A stretch of 64,000 bases of DNA from Chloroflexota bacterium. Its GTDB lineage: Bacteria; Chloroflexota; Anaerolineae; Aggregatilineales; Phototrophicaceae. The position numbers and the translations under genes were made by a program. Location of the stretch: positions 425 through 64,424 of the forward strand of contig JAPOXG010000104.1 of the NCBI GenBank assembly GCA_026707225.1, read 5' to 3'. Below the pieces are notes generated by a model. That model was not told where the DNA came from, made no database searches, and saw only the letters and a list, made by a program, of their open reading frames with translations. Positions 1-10,014 of this stretch are shown here, piece after piece; the first letter of the stretch is position 1, and each line of letters opens with the position of its first letter.

Positions 1-56
1 ATTACTCGGTGTACTCGGTGGGAAAGTTTTGAATCATTGCCCAGGAGAATAGCAAT

Positions 57-1424
57 ATGAACATCATCTGCGTCGTCACCGACACGCTGAGAGCGGACCA
101 CCTGCCGACTTATGGCAACGAGCAAGTGATCGCGCCCTATCTGACACAATTCGCCCAAGAGGCGCTCGTCTTTGAAGACTGCCACGCCGCCTCATTCCCC
201 ACGGTGCCGACGCGCGCCGATATCGCCACGGGCCGCTTCACCTTCACCTATCTAACCTGGGGACCGCTGCCGCAGGACGAGATCACGCTGGCGAGTCTCA
301 TGACGAAGGCGGGCTACACGACGATGGGCGTCGGCGATACGCCCTTTCTCATCCGCAACGGCTATGGCTACGACCGCGGCTTTGATGACTTCATCTGGAT
401 CCGCGGCCAGCGCGAGGCATCGGGCCGACCTGATGTCACCAGCCTCTGGAAAGAAGAAGATGACCGCTTTGCGCCGCAGACCTTCAAGGCCGCGATGGAT
501 TGGCTCGAGCGCCATTACGAAGAGAAATTCTTCCTCTACATCGACGCCTGGGACCCGCACGAACCCTGGGACCCGCCGGCCCATTACGTCAAACCCTACC
601 TGTCGGATTACCGCGGCGAGCAGGTCTACCCAGCGTACTGGGACTGGAAAGACGCCGGTTACAGCGAGCGCGATCTGGAAATTGCCAAAGCAACTTATAT
701 GGGCGAAATCACCATGGTCGATCGCTGGTTCGGCTTGCTGCTTGACCGGCTGAAGACCCTCGGCGTCTACGAGGACACCGCCATTCTCTTCGTCGCTGAC
801 CATGGCTTCTACTTCGGCGAATTCGGCGTCTTCGGCAAGAGCCGCTTCCGCTGGCCCGACAACACGATACCGGTGATGGAAGCGATGGCGCGCTTCAAGC
901 AGGGGGCGATCTCTTACCGGAGCCCCAAACACAACGAAATCACCCACGTGCCGCTCATCGCCAAGATCCCCGGCTACGACCAACAGCGCGTGTCGAGCCT
1001 GGTCAGCATCCCCGATATGATGCCGACCATGCTGGAACTGGCGGGCATTGACATCCCCTCACGCGTTCAGGCGCAATCCTTGCTGCCGCTGGCGCGCGGC
1101 GAGGTCGACAGGCTGCATGAGATCGTGGTGACATCGCAATCGTTGATCGATACTGCTGGCAACACCACGCTTATCGTTGACGACAGTGAACGGGTCGTGG
1201 TCGAAGTGTCGCCGAGCACCATCCGCAATGGCGAATGGGATTTCCTCTACGCGCTCGAGGGCGAGCCGATTGAGCTGTACGATGCCCTCAATGACCCGGC
1301 GCATCAGCGCAATCTCGCGGCTGAATTGCCCGCTGTCTGCGAAATGATGCACGCCAAGTTCGTCCGCTGGATGGACGATATGGGCACGCCCGAAGCCTAC
1401 GCCGCGCCCCGCCGGCGGCTCTAG
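57..1424 (+). CDS. Sulfatase-like hydrolase/transferase (alkaline phosphatase superfamily)
   Basis: N-terminal metal-ligand motif VVTDTLRADH. The sulfatase signature position reads T-V-P-T-R-A-D-I-A-T-G. DAWDPHEPW and VADHG motifs are typical of the fold. Confidence 0.8.
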   Translation: MNIICVVTDTLRADHLPTYGNEQVIAPYLTQFAQEALVFEDCHAASFPTVPTRADIATGRFTFTYLTWGPLPQDEITLASLMTKAGYTTMGVGDTPFLIRNGYGYDRGFDDFIWIRGQREASGRPDVTSLWKEEDDRFAPQTFKAAMDWLERHYEEKFFLYIDAWDPHEPWDPPAHYVKPYLSDYRGEQVYPAYWDWKDAGYSERDLEIAKATYMGEITMVDRWFGLLLDRLKTLGVYEDTAILFVADHGFYFGEFGVFGKSRFRWPDNTIPVMEAMARFKQGAISYRSPKHNEITHVPLIAKIPGYDQQRVSSLVSIPDMMPTMLELAGIDIPSRVQAQSLLPLARGEVDRLHEIVVTSQSLIDTAGNTTLIVDDSERVVVEVSPSTIRNGEWDFLYALEGEPIELYDALNDPAHQRNLAAELPAVCEMMHAKFVRWMDDMGTPEAYAAPRRRL

Positions 1425-1464
1425 GCAACACCATTTGCAATCCGGTGGAAACCCGCATTAGAAT

Positions 1465-2451
1465 TTGCCCAACCCGTGTTGTATACTCCCCGCCTGTTCG
1501 CTCATCCACCCGGGGACGCCTCAATTGAATATTGCCGCCCTGCCCTATGTTGCTTTGCTCGCATTCTTCTTCGGCTCGTCAATGGTGGTCTCCCGATTCA
1601 GTCTGGGCCAATTTGAACCATCGACATACATCGGCATCCGCATGATCATATCCAGCGGGATGGCGCTGATGGTCTACGCGATTGTCACTGGCCGCCGCCT
1701 GCCGCGCGATCCGGAGGTGTGGAAGCGCGCCGGTTTGCTCGGCGTCTTTGGCACAGCCGTGCCTATGGTTTGCGTTATCAGCGCGCTGCAGTATCAATCG
1801 AGCGGCGTCACGTCCTTGATGCTGGCCACGGGACCGGCGCTGACGGTCTGCCTGGCGCATTTCGTTCTGCCGGACGAGCTGCTCAATCGGCGCAAGGGGT
1901 TCGGCGTGACGCTGGCGCTGGGCGGCGCGCTGCTGCTGGCCGTAAGCGGCGAAGATGGCTTGCCAGACGCGACGGAAGCCGTGCCGACCGGCTACCTGCT
2001 CGTCACGGTGGCGATGGTCTTCAGCGCGGTGATGATCATATACGCCCGCAAATACCTGCGCGGCTATGACGCTTACGATGTCGGCAGCATCCGCATCTTT
2101 ACGACGGCATTGGCGGTAACGCCGTTCTCGCTCTTGACCGTCGGCTTTGACGTCAGCGCGGTTGACGCGGCGGGCGCGCTCGCTCTGATCTATTCGGCAG
2201 TCGTTGGCACCTTCCTTGGCTTGCTGCTGTCTTTCTACAACATCAAGCGCTTCGGGGCTACGCCGGCGGTAATGACTACTTATATCATCCCGATTGTGGC
2301 TGGCATTGGCGGCGTATTGCTCCTTGGTGAAGAGATCACCGGCACGATGATGGTCGGCATGATCGTGATCGTCGGCGGCATCGCCTTGCTACAGCAATAT
2401 CGCAAGCCCACCGGGCTGCTGCGCCGCTTTCCGCATCGGGGATCGTATTGA
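1465..2451 (+). CDS. EamA/DMT-family transporter (start codon uncertain)
   Basis: About 10 hydrophobic helices in a two-fold EamA-like arrangement, with Gly/Ala-rich TM segments. The true start may be further downstream, for example the TTG near 1527. Confidence 0.7.
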   Translation: MPNPCCILPACSLIHPGTPQLNIAALPYVALLAFFFGSSMVVSRFSLGQFEPSTYIGIRMIISSGMALMVYAIVTGRRLPRDPEVWKRAGLLGVFGTAVPMVCVISALQYQSSGVTSLMLATGPALTVCLAHFVLPDELLNRRKGFGVTLALGGALLLAVSGEDGLPDATEAVPTGYLLVTVAMVFSAVMIIYARKYLRGYDAYDVGSIRIFTTALAVTPFSLLTVGFDVSAVDAAGALALIYSAVVGTFLGLLLSFYNIKRFGATPAVMTTYIIPIVAGIGGVLLLGEEITGTMMVGMIVIVGGIALLQQYRKPTGLLRRFPHRGSY

Positions 2452-2532
2452 GTCCGGCACAGTAGGGCGAGCCACCAACTCTCCCCTACAAGTTTTCTGT
2501 AATTTTAGCGATTTCTTTCTTATCGTTACCAT

Positions 2533-3294
2533 TTAGCCCACGTTGCAGGCGTCGTAGGCTTGCTGCAGCGCTGCCTTCCAATCGCCGAGCGGCAAGAATT
2601 CCTGGCCGACATATCCGTTGAAACCGGTCTCAGCGATTGCGCGGCAAATAGCGGGATAATTCAGTTCTTGCGTCTCGTCGATTTCATTTCGCCCGGGCAC
2701 GCCCGCCGTGTGATAGTGAGCGAACCATTGATGATTGTCGCGGATCGTCTGAATGACATCGCCCTCCATCACCTGCATGTGATAGATGTCATAGAGCAGA
2801 CGGGCGCTGGGCGAAGCCACCGCCGATACCACTTGCACACCCCAGGCGGTTCGGTCGCACATATAATCCGGGTGATTCACCTTGCTGTTGAGCAATTCGA
2901 GCAGCAGTACAACGCCAGCTGATTCAGCGTCGCGCGCCAGCAGCTCCAGGTGTTTGATGGAGTTTTCAGCGCCGCGCTCGTCGTCCATGCCGTCGCGATT
3001 GCCGCTGAAGACGATCAGGTAGGGGATGTCCCATTCGACAGCGAGTTTCAGGTTGGCATCCGCCTGCCGCTTGATATCGTCCCAATTGGTCGGATCGTTG
3101 ATGCCCACTGGTATGGAATCATGCAGCATATGCGTCGCGATTTTCATGCCATGGTCACGCACCAACTGGAACTGTTCAGCCGGCGCCAGTTCCACCGCCG
3201 TATAGCCCATTGCCTTGCAAGTCTGCAGCATATCGACCAGATCGCTGTTTTCCCGGGCGATGCACCACCAAGAGACTGATTGTTCGTAAGCCAT
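2533..3294 (-). CDS. Xylose-isomerase-like TIM-barrel protein (hydroxypyruvate isomerase-like sugar phosphate isomerase/epimerase)
   Basis: About 250 aa with a pattern typical of the AP-endonuclease-2/Hyi family: LELLN...HPDY, YDIYHMQ, HYHTAG, GYVGQEF. Confidence 0.75.
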   Translation of the reverse strand: MAYEQSVSWWCIARENSDLVDMLQTCKAMGYTAVELAPAEQFQLVRDHGMKIATHMLHDSIPVGINDPTNWDDIKRQADANLKLAVEWDIPYLIVFSGNRDGMDDERGAENSIKHLELLARDAESAGVVLLLELLNSKVNHPDYMCDRTAWGVQVVSAVASPSARLLYDIYHMQVMEGDVIQTIRDNHQWFAHYHTAGVPGRNEIDETQELNYPAICRAIAETGFNGYVGQEFLPLGDWKAALQQAYDACNVG

Positions 3295-3304
3295 GGCCTC
3301 GTTC

Positions 3305-5596
3305 CTAAATCTTCATCGTTTGCCAATAGTTGCGGTAAGCGCGTGTCTCCCGCAGGAGCAAGCTCAGCCGCTTTTGCAGCGTCTTCAACTGATCAGTCGG
3401 CGGCTTATCAGCCAGTTCCAGCCGGTAGTCGCCAGCTACGCCCACCCGATAATCGAGTTTACCCATTGCGCGCAGCACTTGCAATCCGACTTGTACGCTG
3501 CGCTCGCGCTCGCCCAGCGCCGCCGCCAGCGCCTCAAGCCCGGCCTTCCCATCCCGCTGGTTCACGGCGAATTTGACCAAAGCCGCCAAGCGCGCCAGGA
3601 AGTTCCCCGTCGTCTCTCTTGACGGTCGCAGGCCGAATAAAATGAGTCGTTCCGGATTTACGGTTGCCAGCGCCGCCGACCAAATCTCGGCGGATGGCGG
3701 GATGGTCCAGACGATAAGTGTTTCGGTCGCCTTCAGCCCCAGCCGATCCGCCGCGCCGTCGACCTGCTCCACTTCAGACCAGACCAAAGCCGCCGGATTC
3801 CGTTCCCGCGTCTTTGCCAATTCAACAAGCGGGAAACTGCTTTTTCGCATATCCAATAGCTCGTAGGCGGTTTCCTCAGCCTCAACATCGATCGGTTCCG
3901 AGCCCTGCGGACGATAATCCAGCCACTCGACCAGCACTTCACGCTCGCCCTTGTAGACGCTTGCGCGCAAGGTAAAGGCGAGGTCGAAGCGCCCCTTGGG
4001 CAATTCAGCGCGCGCGCCCCGCCACCAGATGACAGCCTGCCGCCGCCCCTGCGTATCTTCGACTTCGACTTGCAGATGCTCTCCGCGCCGCCCCAAGCCT
4101 TTGCGGCTGGCTACTTTCAAGTTTCGCGCCGCCAGCGTCAGAGGTGGATTGCCGTTGCCAAAGGGCGCCAGGCGCTCGATATCAGCGGTCAATTCCAGCG
4201 AGATGTCCGCCAAGCCCAAATAGCCGTCAATCGTGAGTGAAGGCTCTATGGGCGCGTCGCCGGTCTGCGCCCGCACAGCCCGCGAGAGGGCGCGCCGGAA
4301 CTGGAAGATTTTGTCGGCCGGCAAGCTGAGGCCGGCCGCCATGCTATGCCCGCCGAACCGGATGAGCGCGTCCGACGCCGTCACCAGCGCGCCCACGATA
4401 TCCACACCCGCAACCGACCGAGCCGATCCACGCCCGATCTCGTCGGGCGTCGCGATCAGCACGGCCGGGACGCCGAATTCTTCGACCAGCCGGCTGGCTA
4501 CAATCCCGATCACGCCGCTGTGCCAGTCGTCATGGCTGAGCACGAGCGCGGCGTAATCCAATAGCCATGGCTGGGCTTCAATCTGGGCGAGCGCCGATTC
4601 ATAGACTTGATTTGAAAGGAATTTCCGCCGCGTGTTCAAGCCTTCCAGCATGTTCGCGAGGATGCGCGCCCGCCCCCAATCCGCGGTCGTCAGCAGTTCG
4701 ACCGCCGGGTTAGCGTCATCGAGCCGCCCCAAAGCATTCAAACGCGGCGCAATCGCAAAGCCGATGTCGCTCTCGTTCAATTCCGCTGCCGGGATTTGCG
4801 CCCGCTCCAGAATCGCCTTCACACCTAGCCGCTGATTCTCACGCAGGCGATTTAAGCCCCGCTGCAAGAGATAGCGCGTGTCGTCCACCTGCGCCATGAC
4901 ATCGGATACGATGCCGAGCGCCACCAGGTCCAGCAGAAAGTCGCTGTCATCACCGCTATAGAGCGCCTCGATCAGTTTATAGGCGACGCCGACCCCGGGC
5001 AGCTCAAGCAAGGGATGGCTTTCGGGGGTGCGGCGCGGGTTGACCACAGCGGCGGCGGCGGGCAGCGCTTCCGGCAAGGCATGATGATCGGTGACGATCG
5101 TATCGACGCCGCGACTCGCGGCATAGTCGACCGCGTCGTGGGCGGTGATGCCGGTATCACAGGTCAGCAGTAGATCAACGCCGCCATCGAGGTGACGCTT
5201 CAAGGTCGGCAGATGAATGCCGTGGCCTTCGCTGAAGCGATTCGGCACATGATAACTCACACGCGCGCCACGCCGCTTCAGCGCCGAATAGAGCAGCGCG
5301 GTCGACGTCTGCCCGTCGACATCAAAGTCGCCCCAGATCAAGATGCGCTCATGAGCGCGGATGGCTCGCCCCAGCCGATCGACGGCGCGGTCGATATCGG
5401 GCAGCTCGTCAGGCGAGGCCGGGCGGTAGGCCTCGGGCGAAAGAAAGCGCTCCGCCTCCGCAGCCGATGTGATGCCCTTGCGCGCCAGATACTGCGCAAT
5501 CAGCTCATGACCGCCGACGAGATCAGCGATCGGCCCCGGCGCCTCGACCGCCGCTGGTTCCACCCATTCGCGGCGCGAAAGTCTCTGCCCCGCCAT
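3305..5596 (-). CDS. recJ: Single-stranded-DNA-specific exonuclease RecJ (long form)
   Basis: DHH-family motifs: IWGDFDVDGQTS, TCDTGI, VTDHH. DHHA1 motif GGHSMAAG. Its start ATG overlaps the stop of the upstream gene (TGATG). Confidence 0.9.
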   Translation of the reverse strand: MAGQRLSRREWVEPAAVEAPGPIADLVGGHELIAQYLARKGITSAAEAERFLSPEAYRPASPDELPDIDRAVDRLGRAIRAHERILIWGDFDVDGQTSTALLYSALKRRGARVSYHVPNRFSEGHGIHLPTLKRHLDGGVDLLLTCDTGITAHDAVDYAASRGVDTIVTDHHALPEALPAAAAVVNPRRTPESHPLLELPGVGVAYKLIEALYSGDDSDFLLDLVALGIVSDVMAQVDDTRYLLQRGLNRLRENQRLGVKAILERAQIPAAELNESDIGFAIAPRLNALGRLDDANPAVELLTTADWGRARILANMLEGLNTRRKFLSNQVYESALAQIEAQPWLLDYAALVLSHDDWHSGVIGIVASRLVEEFGVPAVLIATPDEIGRGSARSVAGVDIVGALVTASDALIRFGGHSMAAGLSLPADKIFQFRRALSRAVRAQTGDAPIEPSLTIDGYLGLADISLELTADIERLAPFGNGNPPLTLAARNLKVASRKGLGRRGEHLQVEVEDTQGRRQAVIWWRGARAELPKGRFDLAFTLRASVYKGEREVLVEWLDYRPQGSEPIDVEAEETAYELLDMRKSSFPLVELAKTRERNPAALVWSEVEQVDGAADRLGLKATETLIVWTIPPSAEIWSAALATVNPERLILFGLRPSRETTGNFLARLAALVKFAVNQRDGKAGLEALAAALGERERSVQVGLQVLRAMGKLDYRVGVAGDYRLELADKPPTDQLKTLQKRLSLLLRETRAYRNYWQTMKI

Positions 5597-6795
5597 CAGC
5601 CCGTCAGCGTTCTCTCCTCCAGCAGGGTCAAGCCCTCTTCCGCCAGGTCCATATTCATGCCAGGATCATTCGGCACCTCAATATGCCCATCGACCGGCGC
5701 GAGCTTGCGCTTGTAGAAGACATTGGGCATCCGCCCATGCTGGATGAGCCACTCCTGCATGGGGCAGGTGGTCAAGCTCTGCGAGGCGATCAGATGGGTC
5801 GAGGGCCAGCCGCCGTGATGCGGGATCACCGGAATGTCATAAGCTGAAGCGAGCGCGCAGATTTTGCTCATCTCGCTGATGCCGCCAGCCCAGGTCACAT
5901 CAGCTTGAAGCACATCGACCGCCCGCGCATCCAGCAGCGCCTTGACTCCCCAGCGCGTGTATTCGTGCTCGCCGCCGCTGATGAAGACGCCGCTGGCCTC
6001 CTGCCGCAGCTCGGCGTATTGCGGGATCAGATCGGCCAATACCGGCTCCTCAAACCAATAGGGACGGTACTCGCGCGCCAGCTCGACCATGCGCAGGGTA
6101 TAGGGCACATTCCAACTGCTCCAGGAATCAAACATGAGATCACAGTCGGGGCCAGCCGCCTCCCGCGCCGCCCGGATGACCGCCAGATTTTTGCGGATGC
6201 CGGGCTCGCCATCCTTGGGCGCGCAAGGCAGGAACCACTTAAAGGCGGTGAAGCCCTGCGCCAGGAATTCCCGCGTCCGTTCAACCACCTTGTTCGGCTC
6301 GACCGAGTAACCCAGCATTGAGGCATAAGCGCGGATTCTACCCCGGCTGGGCCCGCCGAGCAGCTGATGGACGGGCGCATTGAATAGTTTGCCCTTCAGA
6401 TCCCACAGCGCCAGATCGACCTTGCTCTGCGCCATCATCGGCGTGCCCTTGCGGCCGTGGATTGAATGGCGGTACATCTTGTCCCAGATGCGTTCAATCG
6501 CCTGCGGGTCCTCGCCGATAAGGATGTCGACGAAACTGCGATTGATGATGGCGATGTCTTCGTCGCCGACGGGACCGCAGATGCCGGTGGCGCCTTCGTC
6601 GGTATCGATGAGCAGGAAATGCGCGTCAACATTGTAGGGCGGTCCGCTGGCTACCTCTTTGACAGGCCAGCTCGGGTCATCAGCCAATTCCGGGTAGATA
6701 GACTCGGGCCGAGACAGATGGGCTTCGCCCAGCGGCTCGTGGTAATCCCATTCGGCGCTGACATGCAGGCTGCGGACGCGGTCGATTTTCATCAT
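5596..6795 (-). CDS. Enolase-superfamily (mandelate racemase/muconate lactonizing enzyme family) acid-sugar dehydratase-like protein
   Basis: About 400 aa. Motifs DLALWDLKGK, FDSWSSW, WFEEP, GGEHE resemble the rhamnonate/galactonate dehydratase subgroup. Confidence 0.8.
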   Translation of the reverse strand: MMKIDRVRSLHVSAEWDYHEPLGEAHLSRPESIYPELADDPSWPVKEVASGPPYNVDAHFLLIDTDEGATGICGPVGDEDIAIINRSFVDILIGEDPQAIERIWDKMYRHSIHGRKGTPMMAQSKVDLALWDLKGKLFNAPVHQLLGGPSRGRIRAYASMLGYSVEPNKVVERTREFLAQGFTAFKWFLPCAPKDGEPGIRKNLAVIRAAREAAGPDCDLMFDSWSSWNVPYTLRMVELAREYRPYWFEEPVLADLIPQYAELRQEASGVFISGGEHEYTRWGVKALLDARAVDVLQADVTWAGGISEMSKICALASAYDIPVIPHHGGWPSTHLIASQSLTTCPMQEWLIQHGRMPNVFYKRKLAPVDGHIEVPNDPGMNMDLAEEGLTLLEERTLTG

Positions 6796-6950
6796 GTTCT
6801 CCTTTGCTCAAGTATGTCGCTCATAAGTCATAAGCGTTATTGATAAGCTTTTACCACCGAGGACACCGAGTTTAGATGAGGACACCGAGAGTTTGGCGCG
6901 AGAGTTTGCCACTTCACTCATCTTTGTCGGATGAGGCCGCCGTGACGCAT

Positions 6951-7781
6951 CTAAAACTCAATCTCGGCGATCTGGTCAAAGTCCAGCAAGAATGCCTCTT
7001 CTTCCTCTTCATCCTCATATTCATCCAGCTCAATATCTTCCAGCCGCCCCGCCCCACCCCGGTCGCAGAGCGAGCGGTAACTGCAGAAGCGGCAGCGCCT
7101 CTCGTCATCGGTCAGCGGAAATTCGTCAGCATTATCAATCGCTGTGATCATTTTCGACAGCAGCGCTTCGTCCTCGCCCATCTGCGCCGCCGAATATGCA
7201 AAGCTCAGTCGCTCAGCGCCCAGCGCGACATAGACATAATCCATGCGGATCCGCTCCGGCGCTATGCTTTCGCCGGCGTACAGGTGGGCGCCAGCCTGCG
7301 CCAGCACATAGCGATAGACGATCGTCTGCATCCGCCGGCGCAAGGTCGATTGCGGTGGCAAGCGAGATCCCGTCTTCCAGTCGACAATCACTGCTGAACC
7401 GCCCGGTTCCAGCGCCAGCAAATCATATTTCGCCACCAGCCGCCGACCAGACAGGTGCGTCTGCAAGGTGATCTCGCTGAAACGCTGCGCCGGCAGTCCG
7501 CTCAGGCCCCGCGTCAGATAATTTTGCCACCAGCCGGCCAACTCCCTATCATCCGCCAAAGATGCAGCCAGCGCTTCAGCCGGCACGCCGAGCAGATGCT
7601 GCTGCACCAGCTTGTGGAAGCGCGCGCCCTGGCGCATCCGCTTCTCGAATTGCAGGGGATCCTGCGTTTCCAGCGCTGGGTAGCGCATGCGCCGGATAAA
7701 ACGCAACTCAAAACGGCGGGCGCAATCGGCGAAATTCTGCAGGCTGCCTTGCGTGAAAGCGAAATCAGGGCTGAGGCTCAC
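6951..7781 (-). CDS. PD-(D/E)XK nuclease, Cas4/AddB-type with a predicted Fe-S cluster and an acidic C-terminal tail
   Basis: N-terminal Cys (FADCARRF) plus C-terminal CRFCSYRSLC give the four-Cys pattern of Cas4/AddB nucleases. IVDWKTG and DYVY nuclease core. The tail is DEYEDEEEEEAFLLDFDQIAEIEF. Confidence 0.75.
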   Translation of the reverse strand: MSLSPDFAFTQGSLQNFADCARRFELRFIRRMRYPALETQDPLQFEKRMRQGARFHKLVQQHLLGVPAEALAASLADDRELAGWWQNYLTRGLSGLPAQRFSEITLQTHLSGRRLVAKYDLLALEPGGSAVIVDWKTGSRLPPQSTLRRRMQTIVYRYVLAQAGAHLYAGESIAPERIRMDYVYVALGAERLSFAYSAAQMGEDEALLSKMITAIDNADEFPLTDDERRCRFCSYRSLCDRGGAGRLEDIELDEYEDEEEEEAFLLDFDQIAEIEF

Positions 7782-10014
7782 GCGCCCTCGCTTTCTCTCG
7801 CTCGTTCTCCCAGAAGGCGCGCAGGGCGATCAAGGGCGTGGCTTCGGTGGCTGCGCCCCTGCCTGTGTTCCAGGTGATGGTCAGCGCCTTACGCGCCCGC
7901 GTGATGCCGACATAGAGCAGGCGCAATCGTTCGGCGGCGTAATCGATGCGCGCGTGTAGGCTTGCTGCTCCTTCCTGGTAGGCGCTCCCCGTTTGCAGCG
8001 CCGCCAGCTGCGCCAGCGCTTCAGCCGACAGGTTGAGGTCATCACGGATGAACCATTTCTCGCCGATGAAGCTGTCGTTGGCTTCGGCCGAAGGGAAGTC
8101 GTAATTGTTGACCGAGGTCAAATAGACGCGATCCCATTCCAGCCCCTTGGCTTTGTGCAGCGTGGTCACGGTCACTTTGCCTTTGTGCGCGTCCGGGTCA
8201 AACTGCCCCTCGTCATCGCCCAGCCCGGTGAAGCGGCGTCGGTTGCCGGCGATGTCGAAAAGCTCGGCGGCGAATTCCGGGGGGCGCATCAAAGGGTGGG
8301 TCTGCGCCAGGCGGGCCAGGTAGAGCGCGACCATGTGCGCCGTCGCGATCTCGCCCACATCGCGGAATATATCGCCGGCGATTGTCAGAATCAACTGATC
8401 GATGGGCATCTCGGCCGCGCGCAGCCAGGCGCCAACTCGCTGGCGAAAATCGCGCAGGTCGCCGTATTGCTGAGCGTCGTCTTCTTCGGCGAGCATGTCT
8501 TCGAGCCAGTCGTCCAAGCGCGGCGCGACCAAGTCTTCCACCTTGCCAATCCGTCTGAGCGTGTCCGCCACTGCTTTAATCTCGGCGACCGCCAGTGGTT
8601 CGTCGCGCTCATCGCGCCGCCAAACGCGATAGACCTCAGCCAGTTTCCCCGCGCTTTTGGGGTCGGCCAAATAGCCGAGCACACGCGAAAGGGCGCCGAC
8701 CACCGCGCGCGTCGATGAGGTGCTGTTGAGATTCTCGACGTAAGGTACGCCTGACTGGCGCAGGAATTTGACGATCTCGGAGCCACGAGAATTGCGCGCC
8801 ACCAGAATCGCCGCCGTCCCCTCGGGGTTGGCCGCCAGCCAGCGCCGGCAAGATTCGGTCACCATCAGGGCTTCCTTGGTCGCGCTGTAAGCCTCCGCGA
8901 ACAAGACGACTGCGTCCGGATCATCGGCCGGATTGGGCTGGGGGTCGCCCCGCGGCGTCGGCAGTATATGGGGTTTGCTCAGCGGCGCGCGCTCGCGAAT
9001 CGTCTGATGCGGGTGCGCCAGCGACCAATCGATCAGATGATTCGCCAGCTTCTGAATGCTGCGGGTGCTGCGCCCGGAGTTGGGCAATTCACGCCCATCG
9101 ACCTCGTCCGAAGCGATGAATTCGCGCAGATATTTGGGATCGGCGGTGGTGAAAGTCTCATAGATCGCTTGATTGGGGTCGCCTACGCGCACCCAGTTGC
9201 CGCCCTCCCCCGCCAAGGCGCGCAGGATGTCTTCCTGCAGCCGCGAACTGTCTTGCGCTTCGTCCTCCAAGATGGCGACCCACTTGCGCCGCAGCGAAGC
9301 CAGGTAGGCCGGCTCATCGCGCAGCAGCTTCAACGCCAGCCGGATCAAATCCTGAAAATCGACCGCGCCGCGATAGTCAAGCGCGCGATCATAATCACGG
9401 TAGATATCGGCGCAGATCTCCGCCAGCAGCAGGTCGCCCGGGTAGGCCTCGATCATGCTGCCGACATCCAGCGGGGTCAGCAAATTGTCCTTCGCCTGCT
9501 TGATGAAGTTGCGCGCCGTCTCGGTCAAGATCTCCGCCCATTTCTGCGTTCGATAGCGCCCCTTTTCCACATATTCGGGCGCCAGGTAGGCATCGGGCGC
9601 TTCCGGATAACGGCGTGCCCAAGCCTCCACGGCATCGCCGAGGATGGCGTTGCTCTCACGCTCATCGACTACCGTGAACTGCTCGTCGAGGCCCGCGGCG
9701 CTCGGCATTCCGCGGACGATATCGTTCGCCAGGCCGTGCAGAGTGCGCACGCGATAGCCATAACCGGGAAGCAGCCCATCGCCTTTGACATACTCGCTGA
9801 CTTGCCGCGCGAAATTCGTCGCAGCCGAATTCACCAATGTGACGATCAGGATTTCTTGTCCCTCGGCCAGTTCCGTTTCCGCCAGCAGCTGCGCCGCCAG
9901 GTACGAGAGGGTCGCCGTTTTGCCGCTGCCGGGCACGGCCGCCACCCCCATATATCCGCGCCGATAAGCCAGCACTTCCGCCTGTTTGGGCCGCGGCTTA
10001 AACATTTTGTCCAT
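7765..10014 (-). CDS. UvrD/Rep/PcrA-type SF1 DNA helicase (no nuclease domain)
   Basis: Walker A AVPGSGKTA, motif II ILEDEAQDSS, TLHKAKGLEWDRVYL, LLYVGITRARKAL. The start was chosen at MDKMFK. The gene overlaps both neighbours. Confidence 0.85.
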   Translation of the reverse strand: MDKMFKPRPKQAEVLAYRRGYMGVAAVPGSGKTATLSYLAAQLLAETELAEGQEILIVTLVNSAATNFARQVSEYVKGDGLLPGYGYRVRTLHGLANDIVRGMPSAAGLDEQFTVVDERESNAILGDAVEAWARRYPEAPDAYLAPEYVEKGRYRTQKWAEILTETARNFIKQAKDNLLTPLDVGSMIEAYPGDLLLAEICADIYRDYDRALDYRGAVDFQDLIRLALKLLRDEPAYLASLRRKWVAILEDEAQDSSRLQEDILRALAGEGGNWVRVGDPNQAIYETFTTADPKYLREFIASDEVDGRELPNSGRSTRSIQKLANHLIDWSLAHPHQTIRERAPLSKPHILPTPRGDPQPNPADDPDAVVLFAEAYSATKEALMVTESCRRWLAANPEGTAAILVARNSRGSEIVKFLRQSGVPYVENLNSTSSTRAVVGALSRVLGYLADPKSAGKLAEVYRVWRRDERDEPLAVAEIKAVADTLRRIGKVEDLVAPRLDDWLEDMLAEEDDAQQYGDLRDFRQRVGAWLRAAEMPIDQLILTIAGDIFRDVGEIATAHMVALYLARLAQTHPLMRPPEFAAELFDIAGNRRRFTGLGDDEGQFDPDAHKGKVTVTTLHKAKGLEWDRVYLTSVNNYDFPSAEANDSFIGEKWFIRDDLNLSAEALAQLAALQTGSAYQEGAASLHARIDYAAERLRLLYVGITRARKALTITWNTGRGAATEATPLIALRAFWENEREKARAREPQP

